Assembly (NCBI RefSeq): GCF_048593235.1
Contig: NC_133620.1
Location: 200,820,852-200,884,851, forward strand
DNA: 64,000 nt
DNA from: Sminthopsis crassicaudata
Lineage: Eukaryota
Direction of reading: 5' to 3'
Shown here piece after piece: positions 1-12,197 of the stretch (the stretch's first letter is position 1; each line of letters opens with the position of its first letter). Under the pieces are notes generated by a model. That model made no database searches, had not been told where the DNA came from, and worked only from the letters and a program-made list of their open reading frames with translations. The position numbers and the translations under genes are program-made.

Positions 1-130
1 ATGTTGTCCATTCTATTAGACTGCAATCTCCTTAAGAATAGAAACTATTCCCCCCTTTCTTTGTTTCCCTAGTGCTTAAAATTATTCCTGACACATGGTA
101 GGTGCTTAATAAATGTTTGTTGACCGAATG
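1..130 (+). mobile_element. L2 LINE 3' end fragment
   Basis: Typical L2 terminus (cctgacacatggtaggtgcttaataaatgtttgttga). Confidence 0.75.
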
Positions 131-959
131 GATATCGTGTATCAGGTTCAATCAAGAGACAAAATAGCTGAAACAGCAAACAGTAGAAAGAAAAAGCTTG
201 ACAAGTACCAAATCAGCAGAAATAACATAATAGTGACAATATATGCAGTAGAGATGATACACCAGTCAGGAAGCAGGAGACAGCAGTATGATGAAATCAA
301 CAGAAGACATCAGCAGCTCTGCAGTGTTAGAAATGTCAATTGTCTCAACTATTTGCCCATTATCTCTATGTGTCTGTCCTCTTCAGATGTCCTTTGGGCA
401 AGTGAACTCCTGGCATATGCTACTTGAAGCATTCATCAATAAATAAGCATTTGCTTAATACCTACTGGGTGCTAGACATTGGACTAGGGGTAAATATTAA
501 AAAAATGATACAAATCCTTCTCTTAAAGAGATTATATTCTGTTAAGATTATACAGCACACATCAAAGAATAATGACCATGGAATGTCTAGGAGCAAAGGT
601 AACATTAATTTGATTACTATCACTCCAGCAAAAAATGAAAAATGGAGGGACTTCCACATATTGTGAAAGAACAGATGTCATGATGTCCACATTGCTAGGC
701 TCTGATGTTCTGATGGATAGCTTAGGTTCAATCATGACCTTTGGCCAACAAGATAAGGAGGGCTGAAATAAAGATTGATTTGTTCACCAGTCACTGAAGC
801 CCTCCCCCAGTATAAATCCTTTGGCCAGTAGATTAATTCCTTGGCATTTGGATATGGAGCATGTTGCTTTGATGTGTACCCTCCCCCACTGGTGGGAGGG
901 CACCTTGTGAGAAAATGTACTCAGTGTATGCATAAGACAGAGGGAGAAGAAAAATCCCT

Positions 960-1765
960 TCTTGTTACTTTATTTGCTTCCTTTAAGATAAAGAGCAAAC
1001 TCCAGTTTGGCATTTAAAGTCCTTCAACTACTTGTCTCCAACTCCCCTTTTCAGCTTTATGTTTTGTAACCCTGCAAGCACTCTAAAGTTCAGATAAACT
1101 GACAATTTCACATTCTTCCAATATGATGTCTATTTCTTGTTGCTCTGCATTTATACAGTTTGTCTCGTATGCCTCGAATACTCCCTTCTTACCTCTGCCT
1201 CTGAGAATCCTGTTTCCTTCAAAGCTCAGTTCAAATGATGGGGTTTTTCTTTATGTTAGTTTTTCTCTCCCAAAATTATCTGATTTTCCTTTTGTAAATT
1301 TTAGGTGTCTACTTATTCAAGCTGTGCCAAAAGTCTTAGTGCAGAAACTGGGGGCAACTATATGGCAGAGTATAGTGCTAAGCCTGGAGTCAGGAAAACA
1401 TCTCTCTGAGCTCAAATCTGGCATCAGAAATTTACCAGTGATGTTGACCCTTAACAAGTCATTTAACCTTGTTTGTCTCAGTTTCTTCATCTGTAAAATG
1501 AGCTGGAGAAAAAAAAAGACAAATCACTCCAGCATTTTTGCCAAGAGAATCCCAAATAGGATCACAGAGAATCAGACATGATCAACATGACTGAACAACA
1601 ACAAACACTTTTAGATAAACTTTCCATATGTATGTTATCTTTCCCAGAAGATTACATGTTCCTCAAAGGAATGAATGGTTTCGTATTTGTCCTAGTATGC
1701 CTAGCACCCAAGACAGGGCTGGGTGATGCATTCTAGGTGCTTTAAATATGTTTGCTAATTCATTC
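960..1765 (+). mobile_element. L2 3' region interrupted by a MAR1 SINE
   Basis: L2-like pyrimidine-rich 3' sequence at ~960-1345, resuming at ~1606-1765 and ending ctaggtgctttaaatatgtttg. Confidence 0.6.
1350..1605 (+). mobile_element. MAR1/MIR (CORE) SINE
   Basis: tRNA-like head, core aagtcatttaaccttgtttgtctcagtttcttcatctgtaaaatg, MAR1 tail gactgaacaacaac. Confidence 0.85.
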
Positions 1766-2639
1766 TTGGTATATTATTGCTTTGAATTAATATATCCACT
1801 GGTGGGCTGGTAAAGTAAGTACATTGGTGATGACTACAATCTCTCTTTCTGGATGGATGTTCACCCATGAGTGTCTCAAACCTGGAGTAGCTTTTCTGAT
1901 AGCCTAGTTATGAAGGGATCCCCAGGAGCTTTGCAAAACAAACAAACCACCTCCAAGATGTATGGAATGATCCAGAAAATCATGGTTTCCTTTTTATAAG
2001 AATATTATATTTCATGGGTGCTCTTTCAAGAGCCTTTCTTCAAAAATATCACACAGCCCTTTTTTTTTTTTAAGAGAGATGATAAGTACTCTATTAATGT
2101 TTTGATTTTAAGTAGGGAGATAAAAAAGACAGAAAGGTTAAGTGATCTCTCTACTATGCATACTGAATCAATGACTGAAGGAATGAGTAAAAACTTTCAA
2201 AATACTACAGTGATTCCACGGTTCAGAAAAAGTGACACGTTTTATTAACATTTCAACATAGATTAAATCTTTTATGGTGTTAGGGAAAACAGAATTACTT
2301 AAAAAATCCATTAATTCATAAATGTGCTACACTCCATTACACAGGTCTCTAAAAGTAACTGAGCACACAAGGGAACAAAATGAATGTTTGTGCCATTTTC
2401 TCTTAATATGAGCCTCTTGAGGTTGCCATTAACCTTTTATGGGAAAAACACAGTCTCATGCATCACAGAAGCTGCTTTACCACGAGAGGTCAGCAGTCAA
2501 AAGCTAGAACTTTCAGCAGTTTAGCTTCAAGGAACAAGTACAATACTAAATATTTTTATGACCCTTTAAAGCATTTTGTGAGATGATTTAGTAAAAACAT
2601 TTGTCCTAATAGCTTTCTTGCAAAGCATGTTGGTAGTAA

Positions 2640-2965
2640 ATCATAGAATCTCTAGGTGGAAAGGGACCCTTGAGATCATCTAATCCAATCCATACTTGGA
2701 TAAAAATCCTTACTACAATACACCTAACAGGCACTTAGCCAGACTTTTCTTAGAGATGTCTGGTGAGGGGAAATCACTACTTCGTAAAGCAGCCAAATAA
2801 CTTGCATAGCATTAATCACTAGGAAATTTCCCCTTTATTAATCTAAAATTTTCCTCATTGCAACTTCTACTTATGGATCCTAGTTTTGCCCTCTGAGGCC
2901 AAATAGCACAGATCTAATCACTTTTCAATTTGACAACCTTTCAAATGCTTGAAAATAGCTATCAT
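2640..2965 (-). mobile_element. L3/CR1 (MIR3-type) 3' fragment
   Basis: tcatagaatc...gggacccttgagatcatctaatccaa terminus followed by L3-like 3' sequence. Confidence 0.6.
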
Positions 2966-3587
2966 GTGGTAACAGGGCTGAAAAATGGTCTAAGTCAAAG
3001 CTCTCTGACACTTTAATTAGAAGAATGCATATCATTGAATCACAGAATTTTTAGAACTAGAAAGGCCTTGGATCCATACCCTTTCATTTTACTGATGAGA
3101 TTTCAAACTGATTTTGAATATAGGAAAATTGAAGTGTCAAGATATATGGGCTTCATCTTTAAAGTGCATTATTACTAGGATAATACAAATGGTAATATAG
3201 TTTTATCTAGGGATAAGGATGCTTATATCCTCTTAGGTCCTTGGAGAGAGGATATTTACAAATTAAAACAAGTATAGGAGGGGAGAAAAAATGTCACATT
3301 CTTTGCAAGCAGTGATTTGCTAAACAACCATGCTATTCCCAGGTTTCCAAGGCATTTCAATTCTGTTTTAAAGCATGGGCAAAGAATAAAAGGACAAAAA
3401 ATGTGTCCCCCAAATGCTTGAGTAACAGTGTTTTCATACTTTGCCAAGTAACCTTTAGTAGGCTGTCTTGACATGGAAACTTATAGCTGATGATTCAAGT
3501 AGTTCTTCCAGTATAAATACTACCTTAAACAATTGACATCTATGAATATAAATACTGTATTAAAGGATCTTCACAATCTGTCTCAGA

Positions 3588-4290
3588 TCTTAAAGGAGGG
3601 AAAGGGACCCACATGTGCAAAAATGTTTGTGGCAGCCCTTTTTGTAGTGGCAAGAAACTGGAAACTAAGTGGATGCCTATCAGTTGGAGAATGAATGGCT
3701 GAGTAAGCTATGGTACACGAATGTTATGGAATAATATTGTTCTGTAAGAAACGACCAACAGGATGATTTCAGAGAGGTCTGGAGAGACTTACATGAAATG
3801 ATGCTGAGTGAAATGAGCAGAACCAGAAAATCATTTTACACAGCATTAGCAAGATTATACAATGATCAGTTCTGATAGACGTGGCTCTTTTCAACAATGA
3901 GATGATTCAGAGCAGTTCCAAAGATCTTATGATGATGAGAGCCATCTACACCCAGAGAGAGGTCTGTGGGAACTGAATGTGGATCACAACATAACGTTTT
4001 CACTTTTCTTGTTGTTTGTTTGAATTTTATTTTCTTTCTCATTTTTTTCCTTTTTGATCTGATTTTTCTTGGGTAACAAGATAATTGTATAAATAAATTC
4101 TACATTGAATTTACATAATTTTTTTTACTATGTTTAACATATTTTGGATTACTTGCCATCTAGGGGAGGGGCTGAGAAGAAAGGGAGGAAATTGGAACAC
4201 AAGGTTTTGCAAGAGTCAATGGTGAAAAATTACCCTTGCATATGGTTTGAAAAATAAAAGCTTTAAAAAATACAAAAAATAAAACAAAAA
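3588..4290 (+). mobile_element. 5'-truncated L1 (ORF2 C-terminus, 3'UTR, A tail)
   Basis: ORF2 end (KGPTCAKMFVAALFVVARNWK), 3'UTR and A tail; degenerate TSD aatctgtctcaga (3575-3587) / aatctctctcaaa (4291-4303). Confidence 0.92.
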
Positions 4291-5010
4291 AATCTCTCTC
4301 AAAACTGTATTTCTATCCTTATTCCACATTATACTTTTTGTTCACAATTTACATAATCCTCTTTTGCTCACACTCTTCCCAATACTTAGAATACTCATCC
4401 TTTTCTTGATCTTCATCTGTTGAAGTATTGTATTTCTTTTTTTAAAATTTTCTTTTAAATTATTAATTAAAAACATAGATATTTATTATTTGAAGGATAA
4501 AAAAATCATACAAAACTGAAATTTAGTGAGGGACAGTTTAAAAAAATTCTTTTGGTCTTGGACTATTTCTGTGTCCAGAGAGCCTAGGATATAATCCTCC
4601 ATATGAAAGGGTTCCTATCTATAGGTACCAGCCTTTTGATTCTCAGATAATTTGGCTCTTTCCCTACTACCTGGAGAGTGCCTGGAATAATCATATAAAG
4701 CCTAAATTTGGCTCAAATATAACATCTCTCCAAAAAGTAAGTGAAAGATATTCAATGCACAACACAGAAAAGGGCTAAGACAGCTATTCTTTTCTTCCTC
4801 ACAAAGGTAATACTTAACACACAAGATACTCATAAGCCAGTAACATGGCTACAATACTATTATCTTTTCCTATGTAGTTGGTAGGTAAGAAATTAAAACA
4901 TGAAAAAGTGATTCTATTGAAGAAACATTTCACCTTCATCTTACCTCTATAACCTCTGAACAATTCTCTTAAGGCCCATGTTTTCTGTCAATCAGTCAGT
5001 CAGTTAATAA

Positions 5011-5015
<5 letters not shown>

Positions 5016-5068
<53 letters not shown>
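5016..5068. repeat. (TA)n microsatellite inside an L2 tail
   Basis: Seen directly. Confidence 0.95.
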
Positions 5069-5069
<1 letters not shown>

Positions 5070-5160
5070 CTTATTATGTGCCAGAAACTGTGTCAAGTGC
5101 TTGTGATACAAGGAAAGAAAAACCAGCGCAAGGATTATGTTCATCCTCAGTGGTCATCTT

Positions 5161-5370
5161 TTTTATTTTTTAACTAAAGTTTTATTTTTTTTAAATTGTC
5201 AATCATTTTCCCCTCCTATCTTTCCTACTCACTGAAAAGAAAGAAAAAAAAGGAAAAAAGAACAGAAAGATGAAAAGAAAAGAAAAGAAAGGAAAAAAAG
5301 AAAGCAATAGAAAGAACTCTCTAATTATATAAGCACAGTTAAGCCAAAAAATTCCCACACTGGCCATATC
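5161..5370 (-). mobile_element. Older L1 3'UTR fragment, host of the next L1
   Basis: T-rich tail then reverse old-L1 3'UTR (ttcccacactggccatatccaaaaa), which resumes after 7428. Confidence 0.6.
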
Positions 5371-5386
5371 CAAAAACATATTTCTT

Positions 5387-7412
5387 TTTTTCCCCTTTTT
5401 TGAAAATTAATTTTATAATTATAACTTTTTTGACAGTACATATGCATAGGTAATTTTTTACAACATTATCCCTTGTACTCCCTTCTGTTACAAATTTTTC
5501 CCCTCCTTCCCTCCACCTCCTCCCCTAGCTGGCAGGCATTCCCATACATATTAAATATCTTATAGTATATTCTAGGTACACTATATATGTGCAGAACTGA
5601 ATTTTGTTGTTGTTGCAAAGGAAGAATTGGATTCGGAAGGTAAAAACAATCTGGGGAGAAAAACAAAAAATGCTAACAGTTTACACTCATTTCCCAGTGT
5701 TCCTTTTCTGGATGTAGCTGATTCTGTCCATCAGTGATTAATTGGAATTGGATTAGCTCTTCTCTATGTTGAAGATATCCACTTCCATCAGAATACATCC
5801 TCATACAGTATTATTGTTGAAGTGTTTAATGAACTCCTAGTTCTGCTCATTTCACTCAGCATCAGTTGATGTAAGTCTCTCCAAGCTTCTCTGTATTCAT
5901 CCTGTTGGTCATTTCTTACAGAACAATAATATTCCATAACATTCATATACCATAATTTACCCAACCATTTTCCAATTGATGGGCATCCATTCATTTTCCA
6001 GTTTCTAGCCACTACAAAAAGAGCTGCCACAAACATTTTGGCACATACAGGTCCCTTTCCCTTCTTTAGTATTTCCTTGGGATATAAGCCCAGTAGTAGC
6101 ACTGCTGGATCAAAGGGTATGCACATTTTGATAACTTTTTGGGCATAATTCCAGATTGCTCTCCAGAATGGTTGGATTCTTTCACAACTCCACCAACAAT
6201 GCATCAGTGTCCTAGTTTTCCCACATCCCCTCCAACATTCATCATTATTTGTTCCTGTCATCTCAGCCAATCTGACAGGTATGTAGTGGTATCTCAGAGT
6301 TGACTTAATTTGCATTTCTCTGTTCAATAGTGATTTGGAACACTTTCATATGAGTGGAAATAGTTTCAATTTCATCATTTGAAAATTGTCTATTCATATC
6401 CTTTGACCATTTATCAATTGGAGAATGGCTTGATTTCTTATAAATTAGAGTCAATTCTCTGTATATTTTGGAGATGAGGCCTTTATCAGAACCTTTACCT
6501 GTAAAAATGTTTTACCAATTTGTTACTTCCCTTCTAATCTTGTTTGCATTAGTTTTGTTTGTGCAGAAACTTTTTAATTTGGTGTAATCAAAATTTTCTA
6601 TTTTGTGATCAATAATGATCTCTAGTTCTCCTTTGGTCACAAATTCCTTCCTCTTCCATAAGTCTGAGAGGTAAACCATCCCATGTTCCTCTAATTTATT
6701 TATGATATCGTTCTTTATGCCTAAATTATGGACCCACTTTGATCTTATCTTAGTATGTGGTATTAAATGTAGGTCCATGCCTAGTTTCTGCCATACTAAT
6801 TTCCAGTTTTCCCAGCAGTTTTTGTCAAATAATGAATTCTTATCCCAAAAGTTGGGATCTTTGGGTTTGTCAAACACAAGATTGCTATTTTTATTCACTA
6901 TCTTGCCCTGTGAACCTAACCTATTCCACTGATCAACTAGTCTATTTCTTAGCCAATACCAAAAAGTTTTGGTGACTGATGCTTTATAATATAGTTCTAG
7001 ATTAGGTACAGCTAGGCCACCTTCATTTGATTTTTTTTTTCATTACTTCCCCTTGAAATTCTTGACTTTTTATTCTTCCATATGAATTTTGTTGTTATTT
7101 TTTCTAGGTCATTAAAATAGTTTCTTGGGAGTCTGATTGGTATAGCACTAAATAAATAGATTCGTTTGGGGAGTATTGTCATCTTTATTATATTCGCTCG
7201 GCCTATCTACAAGCACTGGATGTCTTTCCAATTACTTAAATCTGACTTTATTTTTGTGGCAAGTGTTTCGTAATTTTGCTCATATAATTCCTGACTTTCC
7301 TTTGGTAGATATATTCCCAAATATTTTATACTATCGACCGTTATTTTGAATGGAATTTCTCTTTGTATCTCTTGCTGTTGGATTGTGTTGGTAATTTATA
7401 AAAATGCTGAGG
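5387..7412 (-). mobile_element. 2.0-kb 5'-truncated L1 with well-preserved 3' half of ORF2
   Basis: ORFs 6512-6898 and 5788-6327 read as L1 ORF2, including intact C-x3-C-x7-H-x4-C (CWRGCGKTRTLMHCWWSC); exact 16-bp TSD caaaaacatatttctt at 5371-5386 and 7413-7428. Confidence 0.96.
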
Positions 7413-7454
7413 CAAAAACATATTTCTTGTTCTGCATAATATTAATAATAATAA

Positions 7455-7686
7455 TAATAAAAACATTTATATGGTACTTACTAGGTGCCAGGCACTATGA
7501 TAATTTCTTTACAATTATTATCTCATTTGTTCCTCAAAACAATCCTGGTAGGTAGATTCTATTATTATTCCTATTTTACAGATGAGGAAACATAGGTAAA
7601 TAGGTGTTAAGTGATTTGCTTAGGATCACCCAGTCTAATAACCATCTGAGGCCAGATTTGAACTTAGATCTTCTTGACTTCAGGTA
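7455..7686 (-). mobile_element. MIR/MAR SINE
   Basis: Reverse core (ttttacagatgaggaaac...ttaagtgatttgcttaggatcac...gatttgaac). Confidence 0.8.
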
Positions 7687-7853
7687 CAAAGTTTCTTAAA
7701 CTGTGAGTTCAGACCTCATATAGGGGTTGTGTAACTGAATACGGGGATCACAAAATTATGATTTATTATTAGTAAATCTCATTTATATACCTATACATGT
7801 AAATTTTTTTCAGGTGAAAAGAATCACAAGAGGACAAAGTTTAAGAAACCCTA
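7687..7853. mobile_element. Non-autonomous hAT/Charlie-type MITE
   Basis: Terminal inverted repeats gtttcttaaact / agtttaagaaac enclosing ~167 bp with an internal gacctcatataggggtt hairpin; no clear 8-bp TSD. Confidence 0.75.
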
Positions 7854-9557
7854 CTTTATCCAAAATATAATGTTGTGTGTCATGAGATGGGAATCATTTT
7901 TCATCATCAATCTTCCAGTGCCTAATTCTAACTAACTTAATGGATGGTATCTTTCTAGTGGTAGATACAAAATTTTTATGGTCCCTAGTCATTTATTGTA
8001 GTTATTACAATTTCATCATATAATCTTCATTGATTACTAAATCCAGTTTCTTTAAATATAATCTTTTTTGTTTTATATGATTGCATATATCTAACCAATT
8101 TAAAATCTTTACTTTTTTAGGGAAAGTGAGGGGAGGAAGGGATGAAGAAAATTTGGAACTCAAAATTAAAAAAAATTAATTTAAAAATTGTCTTTATATC
8201 CAGTTGGAAAATGTAAAATACTACTAAAAAAGGATAACCTTTTAGTAATTTCTGGTAGTAATGACATAATCATCAATTGTCAACATTAATTACTTCATTT
8301 TTAGAAACAAATCTGCAGGGCACCTATTTGTTTGATTCTTTGTTGATTTATTTTTGGTTGAGTTCATGGATACACTGGGAAATGCAGAATCTTTTGATTT
8401 TGTTTTGGACTCTTATCTCAGAAGTTCTAAAGCCTAAGTGGTAAACTATTTTTGATTACCTTCAACAAATTCAGTATTGTAAACCCTGTTGTTGCTTAAC
8501 GAAATGATGCCTTATTGTCCTGAAAGTCTATCTTCTTTCTTTTCTTTTCTTTATAGCTATTTTCAGGAGATGAATTCCATGTGTATTATTTTCATTGTTT
8601 TCTTATTCAATTAATAACATATTAATATAATGTTCAACTTTATTAAACATAAAATAATCAAATTCAGTGCAATATAAAATGGTCATCCAGACCATATTAT
8701 GATTGTGGAAAAATTATTTCTGTCCTTAGGGAACAATGAAGAAGTAAGAAAACTAAACACTGTAGAACATTAAGTCATGTTACTGCCACATGTATACATA
8801 CTCTGTAGGTATTAATCAGCTTTCTTTTTAATCTTTTAATAAAAAAAATTCCAGCATACAAAAAAGAAAACAAACAACAAATAAACAAAACTCTCCAATT
8901 TCCAAAACCAGTATTATAAAACTTATTTGTCAAACTTCAATCCCAGGAGGAGGAAAAGGTATGTGTTAAAATACACAGAAAAGCTTAGTTTGAAAATGCT
9001 GACAATTTTGGATGGAGGGTGAAGAAAGGTCTTGTCACTATGGAGCTAAAGTGCCTTAGATAAAAAAAACCCATAGCTATTGAATTGAAAACTTTTATTG
9101 AGTTTGGCAAAGGAAGATTTTTTAAAAATCCAAATTGGATCTATTCATCTGTAGATGAGCTTTGCCTGCACTGGGCATGAATTTTCGGGAAAAGTATGAT
9201 TTCTACTATTTCCTTTCATGAAGAAGGAAAAAGCTTTTAAATGGATCTGTTTTATTAAGGCCAAATTCTATTTTCAGTAACACATATTTGATATTCATTG
9301 ATGCCACAGGACAGAAATTGGCCTCAAATTTATAGCTATTCCCTTAACACAGAGACTATTTAAGAGAACTGCTAAGAAAGAAAGGTTGACTTGTGGACTG
9401 ATTCTTATATTGAACACAATCACGAGAAGATTTAAAACAAAGCAGTGGCAATAGGGAAAGGATAAATTCTTTGGGTTTGCTTGGCTGTACTAAAGTTCTT
9501 TTGTGTAATACCTATAGGTATTAGGAAAGTAAAGAAAGACTTCTCATGCTATTTTAA

Positions 9558-9560
<3 letters not shown>

Positions 9561-9630
<70 letters not shown>
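9561..9630. repeat. (TA)35 microsatellite
   Basis: Seen directly. Confidence 0.97.
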
Positions 9631-9635
<5 letters not shown>

Positions 9636-10084
9636 TTATTTTGTACATGTGGATAAGTTTACTGTGGAATCAGAACTGCTTTTTTTAGTTTGCTAAGTCT
9701 GATGTCACTTTGATTAGTCTGATCAACAAGATTTACTGAGAAATGTCTGACAATTAAAATCTAATCACAGATACTATATAGGTGCTGTTTTATTTTTCTT
9801 TCTGCATTGTGTTTATTGAAGGATTATATTGGCATTATGTTGGTATTTTTCTACATTGTTTTAGGAAAGTACCCTAGTGTTTCAAGGATAAAGAAGGATA
9901 GTATGACTAATTTTAGTGAACTTGTTTTTATTTCATATAAATAAGAATGTTTTATGAAACAATGACAAGCATCTTAATCCAAATTAATTCAAATCAACCA
10001 AAGCGCTCAAAAATGTATGACGTTTAACTCTCTTTTATTGAATGTCTTGTATTTCTTACATTTGTTATTAAGCTACATAAAGAG

Positions 10085-10315
10085 GCTGCTAGATAGCTGG
10101 ATAGGGTGTTGGTACTGAATACTTGCCTTGTAAATTGGTCTTAGATACTTATTAGCTATATGACCCTTAGAAATTCACCTAAACTCTTTCCATCTCAGCT
10201 TCTTCAAATGTAAAGTGGGATAAAATAATACCTACCTTCCAGGGTTGTTGTTGAGGATATAATTTCTAAAGTACTTAGTACAGTGCCTGATGCTTAATAG
10301 ATGCTTGTTTTCCTT
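10085..10315 (+). mobile_element. MIR SINE running into an L2-type tail
   Basis: MIR head and core (ttagctatatgacc...ctcagcttcttcaaatgtaaagtggg...cagggttgttg). Confidence 0.7.
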
Positions 10316-10455
10316 CTACCACCTCTTTATTTCCTCCCCTTTTCCTTCCTTTCATCAGTCTAACAGCTAATCTGGGTCCCACAATTCCAATACTATTGTT
10401 AGACTAGTCTAAGTCTACCTACATATAACATGAGGTTGGGGGGGGAGAGGAATAG

Positions 10456-11185
10456 TGTAAATGGTTGTAAGTTATCCTTTATTCTGTACAGGAGGTAATT
10501 AATTTATAATAGAGGTATAATATGAGCTCTCTCATATGACCTCATTGTTCATATCTGCTGAGATAAAGAAGTTCATTACTCATTGGGAGAATTGTCAGAA
10601 CATCAGAATCCTGAGCAATTTATGCCAGGGCTAGATTGCTTTGGGGAGGAGGGAGTGAAGACAGTCAAAAAAAGAAGAGATCTTCAGGGAAGAGACATAT
10701 TGGGAGCACTTTTTGCTGGAGTAAATCCAGCAGCATGACTTGGCTGACCACGGAGACCGTGTTAAACATGACAGAGCTGGACCAGACTTATGCTGAAAGG
10801 AAGGCTGCCCAGAGACTTCCAAGAAAACCCACCAAGAACATTGCAATCCCCAGACTTTGGAGGAAGACAAATGTGGAAAGAGCTGGAAACCAAGTTATTA
10901 GAGTCCAAAAGAATTCCTACACTGTAAACTGATAGTTATATCTTCTCTCACATCAGTTTTCCTACAGACATTGGTTACTTCTTCTCCTAGTGCTTCAACC
11001 AGTAAGAGTTTGAATTCATTTTTATGTAGGGAGTTAAGGAAAAAGGTAAAAGAAAAATGATTTTATTGCCAAGTTGTTTTCTTGTGAGTTACCGTACAAT
11101 TCTATTTTAATTAAAAACTTTGCTATATGTGTCTAATGCATGATCTGTGACTACAGACTGTGCAATGAAATAGACATTTGGGACA
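10456..11185 (+). mobile_element. Probable solo LTR
   Basis: 730 bp bounded by TGT...ACA, GC-richer core, ATTAAA near the 3' end; partial flank match aatag/atag; family not recognised. Confidence 0.5.
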
Positions 11186-11599
11186 TAGTTGTATAGTTAA
11201 GATTATTTCAGATGCCCCATACTGAGTCTGAAGTAGCAAATGGCCTCCTCTGGGATAGTAAAGATTATTTGTAAAGATTCTTTTGGTTTTAATTTACTAT
11301 AGCTAATTGTAATTGTCTATGAACATAGATTGTCATTGAGACAAAAAGATTAGACATGAGTTCATAAAATATAAAATGTTTCAGGAGAAGTCAGCCTAGA
11401 AGCAACAGGAGATGCTTAAGAATGAAATTCTGAAGACAAGTGAAATGATCCCATTGAGAAGGAAAACTGGAATTTATTTGAAAAGGTTGATATAGATCTT
11501 TAGGAAACTAAGTAACGAAAGTGGATTCTAAAAATGTATAGTTGATGAAAGCAGAGCCAAGTAATGGGAGATATATATGGATGTTGAATAATAAATAAT

Positions 11600-12165
11600 A
11601 TGAGGAATCCTAAAGTTTTGAAAGTATTGAAGCTGAGAAGAGAAGCAAGGACAATCAAAAGGGTGTTTTTTGATATTAGGAGAAAAAAGTAGGATCAAGA
11701 GAGGAAGAGGACCATTGCTTGAGGAGAATTGGATAATGTTAACTTCAAAGAAAGAAGATTCAGCACCTTAATTCTTACTTTTTTCTGCTTTTTTTCTTTC
11801 AAGGATAGTTTTATATTGGAAATGACAAATGATTGGAAAGGATTTGAAATCTAAGTAAATAAGGAGACAGGAAGGGTACCTTGATGAATATTAAGTCCCC
11901 TGGTCCTAACGAATTACATGCTTGAATGCTAAAAGAACAGCCATCTGTGATTATTAAGTGTAATGATGTTTGAAAAGTCATCAAAAGTCGGAAAGGTAGT
12001 AAAGATTGGAGAAAGGCAGATGTTCCAATTAAAAAAAAAGGAGTACAGATGCTAAAAAAAAACTATAGATTCTTGAACTTGACTTCATTTACAGGAAAAA
12101 CCCAAGAATAGAATATTAAAAAGATCACTGATGACTATCTGGAAAGAAAAGGTGAGATTTCAAAA
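11600..12165 (+). mobile_element. L3/CR1 ORF2 (RT-proximal) remnant
   Basis: Frameshifted CR1 motifs (KGFF..I, GPLL, F..VFS, FEKS...DWRKA.VP.KK, NYR..LTS..GK). Confidence 0.8.
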
Positions 12166-12197
12166 ACTAAGTATGTCTCCTAGAATAAATCATCCCA

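Noticed and set aside
113-427. 104-aa ORF and a hydrophobic antisense frame
   Set aside because: The start lies in an L2 tail, there is no recognisable homology, and the hydrophobic antisense frame follows from purine skew.
1123-1581. 152-aa ORF
   Set aside because: It runs entirely through L2 and MAR1 repeat sequence, so it is a chance ORF.
9481-9696. ORF with an IY repeat
   Set aside because: It is the translation of a (TA)n microsatellite.
10631-10932. Overlapping 79- and 98-aa ORFs, initially considered as a pseudogene
   Set aside because: They lie within the LTR-like element and no protein family is recognisable in any frame.
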